From an uncultured virus (IMG/VR IMGVR_UViG_3300010885_088079) (Duplodnaviria > Heunggongvirae > Uroviricota > Caudoviricetes), in the IMG/VR virus record IMGVR_UViG_3300010885_088079: a stretch of 64,000 bases of DNA, one strand, 5' to 3'. The notes beneath the pieces are model-generated. The model saw nothing but the letters and a program-made list of their open reading frames with translations. It did not search any database and had not been told where the DNA came from. Numbering within the stretch: the first letter of the stretch is position 1; the number at the start of each line of letters is the position of its first letter. Shown here piece by piece: positions 48,334 through 57,376 of this stretch. The translations under genes were made by a program, and so were the position numbers.

Positions 48334-48953
48334 TTAAAGTCTTTCCATCTAGAAACAAGGTCCCAATCGTTACATTTTTTTACATATCTCCAACCACCAA
48401 ACTTATTTATTAACCATCTTTTGTGCATTATCTCTGAGCTATCTATGTAGCCTTGTTTTGGGGCATTATTATGAATTCTTTGCCCAACAACTTTGAGATT
48501 ATTATCTATAAGTCTAGTACCAGTGTATGCCATATCTGAATCATTATCTTTGATAACTTTGTATAGGCTTTCAATGTGATCTTTTTCAAACCAGTTATCG
48601 TCGTCAAGATAACAGATTATGTTATTGTCACTATTCATTATTGCAAAGTTTCTCGGACCCCAACCTGCTCCGCTACAATGCATCGGAAGATTGAAGTATT
48701 TGAACCTACAGTCTTTTTTTGCAACACTTTTGCAGAAAACATCTGCTTCTTTGCATAAGTCACATTCAATGCAATTTAGTTCAGACTTAGAGCATGAGTC
48801 TTTGATTAGGAAACAGTCAAAGTGAGGATATGTTTGCTCTATTACAGAGTTAGTGGATCTTTCAATCCATTCTATTGGTGAGTGATATGTGGGTAAGCAA
48901 ACCAATATTTTTTCGGGTTGTTTGTACCGTAGCATCCACCTCCTTGCGGCCAA
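48264..48953 (-). CDS. GT2-family glycosyltransferase (start uncertain)
   Basis: VCLPTY, SVIEQTY, GPRNFAI, CYLDDDN, NDWDL. Confidence 0.85.
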   Translation of the reverse strand: MAARRWMLRYKQPEKILVCLPTYHSPIEWIERSTNSVIEQTYPHFDCFLIKDSCSKSELNCIECDLCKEADVFCKSVAKKDCRFKYFNLPMHCSGAGWGPRNFAIMNSDNNIICYLDDDNWFEKDHIESLYKVIKDNDSDMAYTGTRLIDNNLKVVGQRIHNNAPKQGYIDSSEIMHKRWLINKFGGWRYVKKCNDWDLVSRWKDFKWAHTNKITLNFFLREGCGIHRK

Positions 48954-48981
48954 AAGCTAATTTCGAATTAGCCAGCATTCC

Positions 48982-49009
48982 TTGACAAAACTTTCAGCTG
49001 TGGTATATA
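48982..49009 (+). promoter_or_regulatory. Sigma70-type (early) promoter
   Basis: TTGACA-16 nt-TATATA with an extended -10 TG. Confidence 0.6.
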
Positions 49010-49121
49010 GGATTTTTGTCTTCGATTTTACAATGGGGTTTTCCGTGCTAAACTCATACTAACGGTCCATTTCGAACGCTTCGATTTGGAGTGCCGTGCT
49101 ACATCAGTTACGAGGTGATTA

Positions 49122-50165
49122 ATGAGCGGATCTGTTGGATCTATAGCGGACCTTATGCTCGCGAAGCAAAAAAGGCTGCCGATACCTGATCTTGAAGTTA
49201 AACGAACCATTGTTTCGGATTCATCTGCCGAGCAGATAGAGGCGATTCAGCGTGAGGCTGTGATCAACCGAGATCATTACCTTTCTGAGTCTCGACGTTC
49301 TGGTCTGCCTTGGTTCAAATGCATTCGTAAGCCCATCCAATATAGTGAGTTTGTCATGCTTACTAGAGAGATGGCAGAAGAAATTAAAAAAGACATCTGG
49401 TCGGTTGCCGAAGGCAACAGAAACATCAAAAGGCTCCACGTTGAAGCCTTGCAGCGTGACATTGAAGCAGGAAGATGGCTTCCAACTCATGAATCGATTG
49501 CAATCGATGTCAACGGCCAGACAAACGACGGCCAGCATCGCTTGACTGCTTTTTTGAATTCCTCAAAGTCTGAGGTTTGCTTCTACATCACTTTTAACGT
49601 CCTGCCGGAAGCCAAATTCGCTGTAGACAGTGGATCTAAGCGAAATACTGGTGAAAAGCTCTCCATGATCATTGATAGAAAGTGGGGATCTAAGGTCACT
49701 GGCTTCTGTCGGGCTATAATGCGTGGAGTTAATGCAAAAGCCCGATATACAGATTCCGAGATCGCAGAATTTGCAACCACTTGGGAACCTGTAGTGGAAT
49801 GGGTCATGGATCATTGCCCCAAAGCCGCTGCGGAGATTCAAGCTGCTATTGCCAAGATGTACATTTTTTATGGTCCCGATCTTATCGCTGATTTTTGCGA
49901 TAGATTCAGGAATGTACGCTTTATTGAAGAGGGTGATCCTGCGAAGGCCTTGTATGTTCAAGTGGACCGTATAAAGGGCTGTCCGGACCTTAAGAAATAT
50001 CGGTTGACACTTAGTGCATTGAATGCACTAGTGAACAACAGAAAGGTTAAGGTCTTAAGAGAGATCGATGGAGACATCTTTGATTGGGAAAAAGGTCGCT
50101 CTAATAGAGAGTGGAATGCTCCCAAGGATTCTTGGTGGGCAAGGGTTGGATCGAAGCAAGTTTGA
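49122..50165 (+). CDS. ParB/Srx-like (DGQHR) domain protein with helical C-terminal domain
   Basis: GNRNIK, GRW...ESIAID..G...DGQHRLTA, VDSGSKR; GAGGTG RBS. Confidence 0.75.
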   Translation: MSGSVGSIADLMLAKQKRLPIPDLEVKRTIVSDSSAEQIEAIQREAVINRDHYLSESRRSGLPWFKCIRKPIQYSEFVMLTREMAEEIKKDIWSVAEGNRNIKRLHVEALQRDIEAGRWLPTHESIAIDVNGQTNDGQHRLTAFLNSSKSEVCFYITFNVLPEAKFAVDSGSKRNTGEKLSMIIDRKWGSKVTGFCRAIMRGVNAKARYTDSEIAEFATTWEPVVEWVMDHCPKAAAEIQAAIAKMYIFYGPDLIADFCDRFRNVRFIEEGDPAKALYVQVDRIKGCPDLKKYRLTLSALNALVNNRKVKVLREIDGDIFDWEKGRSNREWNAPKDSWWARVGSKQV

Positions 50166-50185
50166 CCCTACAATGTGACCTAAGG

Positions 50186-50222
50186 AGGGGCTCTACGTGA
50201 AATACCGTAGAGCCCCTTTTTT
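50186..50222 (+). terminator. Intrinsic terminator
   Basis: AGGGGCTCTACG-tgaaatac-CGTAGAGCCCCT-TTTTT. Confidence 0.8.
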
Positions 50223-50247
50223 ATAACTATGACAAAAGGTTGAGGCT

Positions 50248-51843
50248 ATGAATCAAATTAAGATAGATTTCTGGATAAGCAACAATCAAAATGTTTTGTT
50301 TTCCGGCAAGCATGGTGTTGGTAAAACAGCTATCGTAAAAGATTCATTTGAGCGTCATGGTCTTAACTACAGGTACTTTTCCGCATCTACTATGGATCCT
50401 TGGGTGGACTTCATAGGAGTTCCTAAAGAAAAGTCCTTAGGGGCATCATCCGAACAAATGCTTTTAGTCAAAGATCTAATCCGTCTTGATCAAAAAATTG
50501 CTGTTGATTGGGTCATGAAAAACTGGGGCATGAGCAAAGAGTCCTCTGAGAAGATAGTCTCTAGCTTATCTCTTGGAAATGATACCTATTTAGAACTTGT
50601 TAGACCGGAAGTCTTTGCAACTGGTGAGATAGAAGCATTGTTCTTTGATGAATTCAACAGAAGTCCCAAGAAGGTTAGAAACGCAGTCATGGAGCTGCTG
50701 CAGTTTAAGTCAATCAATGGACATGTTTTTCCTAAATTAAGGCTAATATGGGCAGCTATCAACCCAGAAGATGATTCATTGAATTCTTATGATGTTGAAA
50801 AAATGGATCCGGCCCAAAAGGACAGATTTCATGTATTTGTATCTGTGCCCTACAAACCTAATGTTGAATGGTTTAGGGATAAGTACGGAAAAAAGATTGC
50901 AGATGCTTCTGTGTGTTGGTGGAATGAGTTAGAGAACAAGGATGAGGTTTCTCCTAGAAGGCTTCAATATGCCTTAGACACTTACTTAAAAAAGGGCGAT
51001 CTTAGAGACGTTCTTCCTCCATCTAGCAATGTCTCAAAGCTATACAACGCACTCAGCAGCGGACCTGTTTTAGAAAAACTTCATGAATTTATGTCTAGCG
51101 GACGGCAAGAGGAAGCCATAGTATTTCTCTCAAATGAGAACAATTTTGCTTCTGCAATAAAGTACATAGTTAAATCAAACGATTTAATGGCATACTTTCT
51201 TCCTCTGATACCAAAGGAAAAAATATCTGCAATTCTCTCACAAAACGATAGCACTTCTTCGTTCATAATTTCCAACTCTCTTCGTGTGCCAGTTTTTAAA
51301 GAGATTTGTGGCGAAGTAATAAAGGCATCAACAAACAGTTCCTTAGTAAAAAAAATACGTAGACATTTTACAGAATCTCAGTTTGTTATGAACGAAGGAG
51401 TTGGGAAGTGTAAATTCTTCTGCAATAAGAATGTAGACCAAAACGTCTGGGTGGACCTGTTGAAGGCGATGTCAACTCTGGATACAAGAAAAGATAGGCT
51501 CAATATAATGTCCAACATAGCCTCAAATATACCGGAAAATATTTATTTGCCACAGATAAAAACTTGTCTTGACCTTATTTCTAAGCTAGACCCTGAGCCG
51601 TCAGAGATTGTTGAAGGAACGATAAAAGCTACTCCTTGGTCGAATTTTGTTGAGATCGTCAACCATTTAATTCGTGAGGGTATTTCTTTATCATCTTTGG
51701 ACAAAGAATTTCTTCCTGTGCCTCGTGATCAAGCTTTGATATCGTTTAAAGAATCCAACATTCAATCCTTATCAAAGATCTATGCGGCTATAAAGTTGGC
51801 TGGTTTTGAGGAATCAGTAATTAGATCGTGCGAGCAATTATGA
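50248..51843 (+). CDS. MoxR/dynein-related AAA+ ATPase
   Basis: GKHGVGKT, LFFDEFNR, WAAINP, MDPAQKDRF, SPRR. Confidence 0.85.
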   Translation: MNQIKIDFWISNNQNVLFSGKHGVGKTAIVKDSFERHGLNYRYFSASTMDPWVDFIGVPKEKSLGASSEQMLLVKDLIRLDQKIAVDWVMKNWGMSKESSEKIVSSLSLGNDTYLELVRPEVFATGEIEALFFDEFNRSPKKVRNAVMELLQFKSINGHVFPKLRLIWAAINPEDDSLNSYDVEKMDPAQKDRFHVFVSVPYKPNVEWFRDKYGKKIADASVCWWNELENKDEVSPRRLQYALDTYLKKGDLRDVLPPSSNVSKLYNALSSGPVLEKLHEFMSSGRQEEAIVFLSNENNFASAIKYIVKSNDLMAYFLPLIPKEKISAILSQNDSTSSFIISNSLRVPVFKEICGEVIKASTNSSLVKKIRRHFTESQFVMNEGVGKCKFFCNKNVDQNVWVDLLKAMSTLDTRKDRLNIMSNIASNIPENIYLPQIKTCLDLISKLDPEPSEIVEGTIKATPWSNFVEIVNHLIREGISLSSLDKEFLPVPRDQALISFKESNIQSLSKIYAAIKLAGFEESVIRSCEQL

Positions 51844-53051
51844 GCATCAAGATTGAAAATGATGAATGGATGGATTTATTGTTCTCTTTGGAGAACCACC
51901 ATGCGGTGTTTTACAAACTTTGGCAGATAGGCAAGCCTCTATTCACAGAAGAGATAGAGACCGCAGCCTGCCAGTTTGATAAGTCCGGTAACTTTGTTGT
52001 GTTTCTTTTTAACCCTGAATTTTGGAATAGCTTAGATCAGTATAACAGGCTGTTCGTAATATGTCATGAATGCTTGCACTTGATGCTTAACCATGGAGTT
52101 CGTATTAAGGATTCTAAGTTTTCAAACAGACAAGCTTGTAATCAATGCTTAGATGTCGTTGTCAATCACTTATTGGTTGAAAGCTTTAATTTCGATAGAA
52201 ATAAGCTTTTTGATGGAGAAAGCTACTGTTGGGTTGACACAGTGTTCCCTGATACTAATGTTTCTACAAAGGAGACTTTTGAGTATTACTATCAGCTTTT
52301 CGAAAAGTCTTATGGAGACGGATCACCTATAGCAGACACACATACTGTTGATGACCACAAAGCCATGCAGTGTGATTCTTTCAACCCGATAGATGTTGTC
52401 TCGCAAATGTCTGACTTTGAAAAAGGCACACTCTCTGTTCTGTCAAAGCATATCGGACAGGAAAAAGGAAAAGATTGGGCGATAATTACTGGGCGACCAA
52501 AAATTAAGCAGAAGTGGGAAAGCGTGATCAAAAATTGGTCAATTAGAAGAAAAAAAGATATTACCAAAGAGTTGGAACAATGGGCTAGATTGAACAGAAG
52601 ATTGTCTCCAATGCGATCAGACTTAATGCTCCCATCGGAGATGGAAGTTGATGACTGCTTATTTGAGAAATCCAAGATAAGAGTTTGCTTTTTTCTTGAC
52701 TCCTCTGGCTCCTGTTGGCATCTAAAAGACAGGTTTTTTCAAGCGGCCTTGTCGCTTGACCCTAAAATGTTTAGTGTAGACCTTTTCTGTTTCGATGTGG
52801 CTGTCCACAAGGTGGACCAACGGGAATTGAAGGTTTTTGGAGGTGGTGGAACTTCATTTGCCATAATAGAGAGCCACCTCCAAGACTCTGGCGAAAACTA
52901 TCCGGATGGCGTATTCGTAATTACAGACGGGTTCGGAGACAAGGTTCTACCTAAGTTTCCAAATAGATGGAATTGGTTTCTTACGGAGGATGGAAGAGAC
53001 TCTCTCTTGCCAAAAAACAGCAACGTTTATCAACTTTCAGACTTTGAATGA
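51840..53051 (+). CDS. HExxH metallopeptidase-like + vWA protein (DUF2201 type)
   Basis: FNPEFW, ICHECLHLMLNH, VDDH; vWA LDSSGS, GGGGTSF, VITDG. Confidence 0.85.
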   Translation: MSIKIENDEWMDLLFSLENHHAVFYKLWQIGKPLFTEEIETAACQFDKSGNFVVFLFNPEFWNSLDQYNRLFVICHECLHLMLNHGVRIKDSKFSNRQACNQCLDVVVNHLLVESFNFDRNKLFDGESYCWVDTVFPDTNVSTKETFEYYYQLFEKSYGDGSPIADTHTVDDHKAMQCDSFNPIDVVSQMSDFEKGTLSVLSKHIGQEKGKDWAIITGRPKIKQKWESVIKNWSIRRKKDITKELEQWARLNRRLSPMRSDLMLPSEMEVDDCLFEKSKIRVCFFLDSSGSCWHLKDRFFQAALSLDPKMFSVDLFCFDVAVHKVDQRELKVFGGGGTSFAIIESHLQDSGENYPDGVFVITDGFGDKVLPKFPNRWNWFLTEDGRDSLLPKNSNVYQLSDFE

Positions 53052-53060
53052 AATAGGAGA

Positions 53061-53492
53061 ATGATTATGAATCGAACAGCACAAATCAATAGCGTAGTTA
53101 ACCAAATGGTCCGCTGCGGAAGAGAGAATGTGAAGATATCTGCAGAAAAGAAAGAGCATTATGCTTGTGAATATGAGCAAGAGATATTTCTTGCTCTGGA
53201 CTTGATACCGCAAGCACAAGCCACCTTCCAAGCTGTTGTTGCAAAAAAACTTAAGTCTGATGAACGAGAAAAAGTCATTAAGTTTTGCATTGACTTTAAA
53301 AACAGGAATTTTTCTGGTCCTAATGATCCTATTTTTTTGCTTTGGAGATTTTTGAAGACCGCAAATAGAAAGCCTAGCAATCTCTATCCTAGTGTTTCTT
53401 ATGCTTTGAGGTCTTATTTGGACGGCAAAAAGATTAGATCTATTAGAAATGATAGGTCTTTTAAAGACATTATGGAGAAGGAGATGGTGTAG
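53061..53492 (+). CDS. Paralog of the C-terminal domain of the 49122 protein
   Basis: Collinear by eye: PQAQATFQAVVAK vs PKAAAEIQAAIAK; FCIDFKNRNFSGPNDP vs FCDRFRNVRFIEEGDP; AGGAG RBS. Confidence 0.7.
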   Translation: MIMNRTAQINSVVNQMVRCGRENVKISAEKKEHYACEYEQEIFLALDLIPQAQATFQAVVAKKLKSDEREKVIKFCIDFKNRNFSGPNDPIFLLWRFLKTANRKPSNLYPSVSYALRSYLDGKKIRSIRNDRSFKDIMEKEMV

Positions 53493-54030
53493 TATCTATA
53501 AAAAAGTCATCTTCCAACTTCAATAGCTCTTCTAATGCTATTATGGACCAAGGTCCATAATTAAGTTGATACTTAAATTCTTGAGGAAGGTCTTTGGTTA
53601 AGACAACACAAAACCAGGGTCTTCTTTTTTTCTTCCAACAAAGCATTGGTTTTCTGCTACATCTTTTTGCATCCTTAGAAACCTGGCTTAGGAATCCGTC
53701 TAATTCTGTGCTTCCTTTGATGAAAACCGAGTTTAAATCTATGCCTTCATATCCGCCTTTGCTCTCAAGAACAAATTTGAATCCTTGCGGCACCACCAGA
53801 TCACCAGAAAAAACCTCTCTAGCATGTTGAGGTAGGTTGTTAACTTGTGACCATCTATTCCCAGAGCCAACGGATCTGCTAAAGCCAGTACCAAATCTTT
53901 TATTCAAGATTTTTGAAAGCTCTAGCTCTACTCTATTTCCTTTTTTCTTTCCGTTGATTCTTTTTTTCTTTTTTTCGAATATTCCTTCGTCCGTGATGAA
54001 ATCTTCTGAATCTTCAAATTCATAACTCAT
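53470..54030 (-). CDS. Holliday junction resolvase-like PD-(D/E)XK nuclease
   Basis: NGKKKGNRVELEL, RSVGSG, GDL, VLESK. Confidence 0.75.
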   Translation of the reverse strand: MSYEFEDSEDFITDEGIFEKKKKRINGKKKGNRVELELSKILNKRFGTGFSRSVGSGNRWSQVNNLPQHAREVFSGDLVVPQGFKFVLESKGGYEGIDLNSVFIKGSTELDGFLSQVSKDAKRCSRKPMLCWKKKRRPWFCVVLTKDLPQEFKYQLNYGPWSIIALEELLKLEDDFFIDTTPSPSP

Positions 54031-54061
54031 ACAATTATATATGAGTTTTTATTATAACATT

Positions 54062-55168
54062 CTAAAAGAAATGTGATAATAATTTGGCAATAGAGTTATC
54101 TATTTCTTTGAGTTGGTTAATGGTTTCTTCAAAAAGTTCTTTTTCCATGGTCTCTTTGTTGACCGCATAACGTAGTTCTAACTCTACATTTTTTGCCTTT
54201 TCTATTATTCTAGCAACATACTCTTCGGCCGAATTTAGATCATATTCGCTCCATAAAGAACTTCTTTCTTTTCTAATAATCTGATCGTTTTCATCTAGTT
54301 TCGATATTAAGTTGAAATGAGGCGTTCCACTTGGTATCGTAAAAAATTCTTCCCCCACCTCCTCAGACTCGTCCCCAAGTGTAAGTCTGTATCTGTTAGA
54401 GCTTAATGTATTGTCTACTAAACTTAAATGCCAAATTTCTTTTGGATGTACTTCAATTAGTTTGTAGCACATAGATAGAAGCCTACTATCACACTCATTA
54501 CACGCTTCTTCCCATATGCTAGGTTCTGATACAAAAAATACTTGTCCTAATTCTTCCCTTAAGTCCGATATCCACAGTGGCCTGTACTCGTTTCTAAATA
54601 GAAGTAGTGATCTTTGTCCGCTTTCTTGTCTTATTCCTGTTGCTACGGCCATATGGCCAAATTGTATTAAGCTAAATATTCTTTTAACTGATTCTAGCTC
54701 TCTATCAACTATTGTTTTGTTTGATTTTATGGTGGACTCAAAAATACGAAGAAGAATTTCAGAATCGCATTGGGTAGAAACTTCATAGTTTTTTCTTAAC
54801 TCATAATATTCATCGTCTTCTATTCTTCCATTGTGTGCTAAAGCTATTGTTTTGTCGTTCGACGTAAAGGGGTGGTTGTTTTCATTAAAAAATGGTTCCC
54901 CTACACCTTTCGAGGCTCCTCTGGCATGAGCTATAACTAAATCAACTTCAAAGTTAGACAAACCAGACCAGAATCTACTTTTTACGAAGCTACTAGACCT
55001 TGTTGGTTCTTTGTGATAGATCACGCTGCCGTTGAAACCACACTCGGCAGCCCAAAAGCCAGCAGCGTCTGTACCTCTAGACTCACTCTTTTCAAATAGT
55101 TTTGTTAAAAGCTGATAGCTTAAGTTCTTATCTTTTGATTTACCAATAAAGCCAGTTATGCCACACAT
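54062..55168 (-). CDS. Class II (Ntn) glutamine amidotransferase
   Basis: MCGITG, RGTDAAG, HARGAS, NNHPF, HNGRI, CDSE. Confidence 0.88.
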   Translation of the reverse strand: MCGITGFIGKSKDKNLSYQLLTKLFEKSESRGTDAAGFWAAECGFNGSVIYHKEPTRSSSFVKSRFWSGLSNFEVDLVIAHARGASKGVGEPFFNENNHPFTSNDKTIALAHNGRIEDDEYYELRKNYEVSTQCDSEILLRIFESTIKSNKTIVDRELESVKRIFSLIQFGHMAVATGIRQESGQRSLLLFRNEYRPLWISDLREELGQVFFVSEPSIWEEACNECDSRLLSMCYKLIEVHPKEIWHLSLVDNTLSSNRYRLTLGDESEEVGEEFFTIPSGTPHFNLISKLDENDQIIRKERSSLWSEYDLNSAEEYVARIIEKAKNVELELRYAVNKETMEKELFEETINQLKEIDNSIAKLLSHFF

Positions 55169-55362
55169 TAATTTTCTTCTTCCTTTTGGGCTTTATTGCC
55201 GCCCTGGAAAAGTCTCCATCCGTGTGCTGCTATTGCACAAAGTTCTTCAAAAGAATATTCGGATAGAGGAATGCCAAAGAATGTAGCATTCTCTGCTTCT
55301 TTGAACCATTCCCGAGGCAGGTTGCTGTGAATGGTTAAATCGTAACCTTTTTTATCTAGCAT
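55168..55362 (-). CDS. Hypothetical protein
   Basis: 64 aa, coupled on both sides. Confidence 0.6.
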   Translation of the reverse strand: MLDKKGYDLTIHSNLPREWFKEAENATFFGIPLSEYSFEELCAIAAHGWRLFQGGNKAQKEEEN

Positions 55363-55364
55363 AA

Positions 55365-56420
55365 TTAGTGGTTGTTAGAAACTCTTACAAATTTTGCACA
55401 CTTGTTAAAGTCTTTTAGTTTTCCTGCTCCTATGTAGGCACCGCAACTTCTTAACCCCCCTAAAATTTCCTGTACAATACTAGAAACTGGACCCTTGTAC
55501 GGTACTTTAGAAACCTTACCTTCGGATGCTCTGTATTCTTTCTTTCCTGCTCCGTGTTTTTCTTGAGCATAGTGGCTGCTCATTCCATAGAAAGTAAGAG
55601 ATTTCTTCGCACTCGAAACAACTCCACCATTGTTTTCGTACTCCCAGTCTCCCTCACACTCATCTGCCCCAGCAAACATGCCCCCTATCATCACCCAGTC
55701 CGCACCAGAGCATATGGCCTTACAGATATCACCAACGGTCTTGCATCCTCCATCGCTCATTACCAATCCTAGCTTTCCATCGCCAGAACTTAATCCATGA
55801 GCTGCGTGGGAGCACTCTACGTTACATGAAAAGGTGCCATATCCTACACCAGTCATTTTTCTAGTTTCACATTGTGATCCGGGCCCTATTTGGATTTTAC
55901 ATATGTCTACTTTTCCATGGATAATTAGCTCTTGGCATATTTCTGGTGTTGTGACGTTTCCTGCACAAATTATACTTTCTGGAAATTCCTTTCTTACAGT
56001 AGCACAAAAATGTACAAAGCTTTCCATATATCCGTTTGGAACATCTATTACAATGTTTGTTGGCTCTCCCAATAGTTTGCTCACAGCTTTAATTTTTTCT
56101 AGATCATCATCAGATTTGCCTATAGTTGTCCAAGCGTATGCTATGCCTGCTTCCTCTATAATCCCTGCTAGTTCTTCTGCACTGTAATACTTGTGCAACG
56201 CAGTTGCGATCTTATAAGAGGACAACTTAATAGCCATCTTTTTTGATGTAAGGGGGACCATGTTGGAACACATTAGAGGAATTCCAGTCCACACTCTTGG
56301 GCTGTAGTAAAACTTAAAATTTCTTTCTAAAGCAACTTGCTTTCTGCTTTCTAGGGTGGTTCTTTGAGGAACAATTAGAACATCATCATAATTTAATTTT
56401 ACTTCTGGAGCTAAAAACAT
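55365..56420 (-). CDS. guaC: GMP reductase
   Basis: KLNYDDVLIVP, IDVPNGY, AGNV, IGPGSQCETR, SDGG, FYGMSS, YRASEGK, GGLRS; no CBS domains. Confidence 0.9.
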   Translation of the reverse strand: MFLAPEVKLNYDDVLIVPQRTTLESRKQVALERNFKFYYSPRVWTGIPLMCSNMVPLTSKKMAIKLSSYKIATALHKYYSAEELAGIIEEAGIAYAWTTIGKSDDDLEKIKAVSKLLGEPTNIVIDVPNGYMESFVHFCATVRKEFPESIICAGNVTTPEICQELIIHGKVDICKIQIGPGSQCETRKMTGVGYGTFSCNVECSHAAHGLSSGDGKLGLVMSDGGCKTVGDICKAICSGADWVMIGGMFAGADECEGDWEYENNGGVVSSAKKSLTFYGMSSHYAQEKHGAGKKEYRASEGKVSKVPYKGPVSSIVQEILGGLRSCGAYIGAGKLKDFNKCAKFVRVSNNH

Positions 56421-56550
56421 TGTAAATCTCCTAGTTTTTGAAAGAACCAAGCAAGTTAGATTTTATTGTTTTTATGATCAAAGTCAAGGATAATTTACTT
56501 TTTAAAAGGAAGAAGCTTGGGCATAAATAGTTTAAAAGGGAAAGGAAAAA

Positions 56551-56820
56551 ATGAATTTCTTCGAATTAGACCAACAAGTATCACAGCAGACTAGCTTAAC
56601 CCCTGCGTCGAATGACGAGACAGGCATTGATAAAAATGGCTACATAAGAATAGCTGGTAAAATTGCACAAAAGCTAGGAGAAAAGTCAAATACCTATACT
56701 CCTTTGGTTAGATATGTTGCAAGAAACCCCAAAATGTTGCAATTACTAGAGAAGTTAATAGAAGAAACAAGTCTAGCTCAATCTGGTAAGTTGAAAGCTG
56801 TTGTTTCAAGCTACAAGTAG
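56551..56820 (+). CDS. Hypothetical protein
   Basis: 89 aa; ATAAATA and AAGGA upstream. Confidence 0.65.
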   Translation: MNFFELDQQVSQQTSLTPASNDETGIDKNGYIRIAGKIAQKLGEKSNTYTPLVRYVARNPKMLQLLEKLIEETSLAQSGKLKAVVSSYK

Positions 56821-56821
56821 T

Positions 56822-57376
56822 TCACATAGCACTTAGTTGCTGCCCAGACTGTCCTGCTAATGAGGGTTGATCTGTTAGTTGGGGATCTTTATTTACTGGT
56901 GCTCCCGGCATTGGGTCTTTTTCTATATCCTTTTTCTCTTGAGGCGGTTTATATTGATCCCGAACAGGCTTGACTGTGTTTGACGTGCCTCTTGAGTCCG
57001 ATGCACTTTCAATACCTTCTGTTCCTTCTGGCGAAGCAATTTTATTTATTGGGGAACCTATTTTCTTTACTAGGTTATTCAAGGCATCCGCAGACCCAGA
57101 AACAGTCTTTTCTAAATCGCCTTTTTCTTTTACGGCTTTTATGATCGCTACACCAATTTTTTGCAAATCTTTTAGATAAACTTGGTTCTCTTTTGACCAA
57201 TAACTGTGTAAGACTCTCCTTATTTGATTGACTATTCTTTCTGAAAATCTGGAGAGGTCCCTTGACCCCATCCTTCCAGACTCGCCCTTTAGTTCTTCGG
57301 CCGCAGCTAGAATGTCTCCTATCTTTTGGCCAAGATACTGTTTCTGCTCGTTTATTATAAATTCTTTAAATTTCAT
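56822..57376 (-). CDS. Hypothetical protein, CTS-like N-terminus
   Basis: MKFKEFIINE; ATGA overlap with nrdJ. Confidence 0.7.
   Translation of the reverse strand: MKFKEFIINEQKQYLGQKIGDILAAAEELKGESGRMGSRDLSRFSERIVNQIRRVLHSYWSKENQVYLKDLQKIGVAIIKAVKEKGDLEKTVSGSADALNNLVKKIGSPINKIASPEGTEGIESASDSRGTSNTVKPVRDQYKPPQEKKDIEKDPMPGAPVNKDPQLTDQPSLAGQSGQQLSAM

Noticed and set aside
49122..50165. Dnd phosphorothioation system or ParABS partition locus
   Set aside because: No dndA/C/D/E and no ParA; the adjacent ATPase is MoxR-type.
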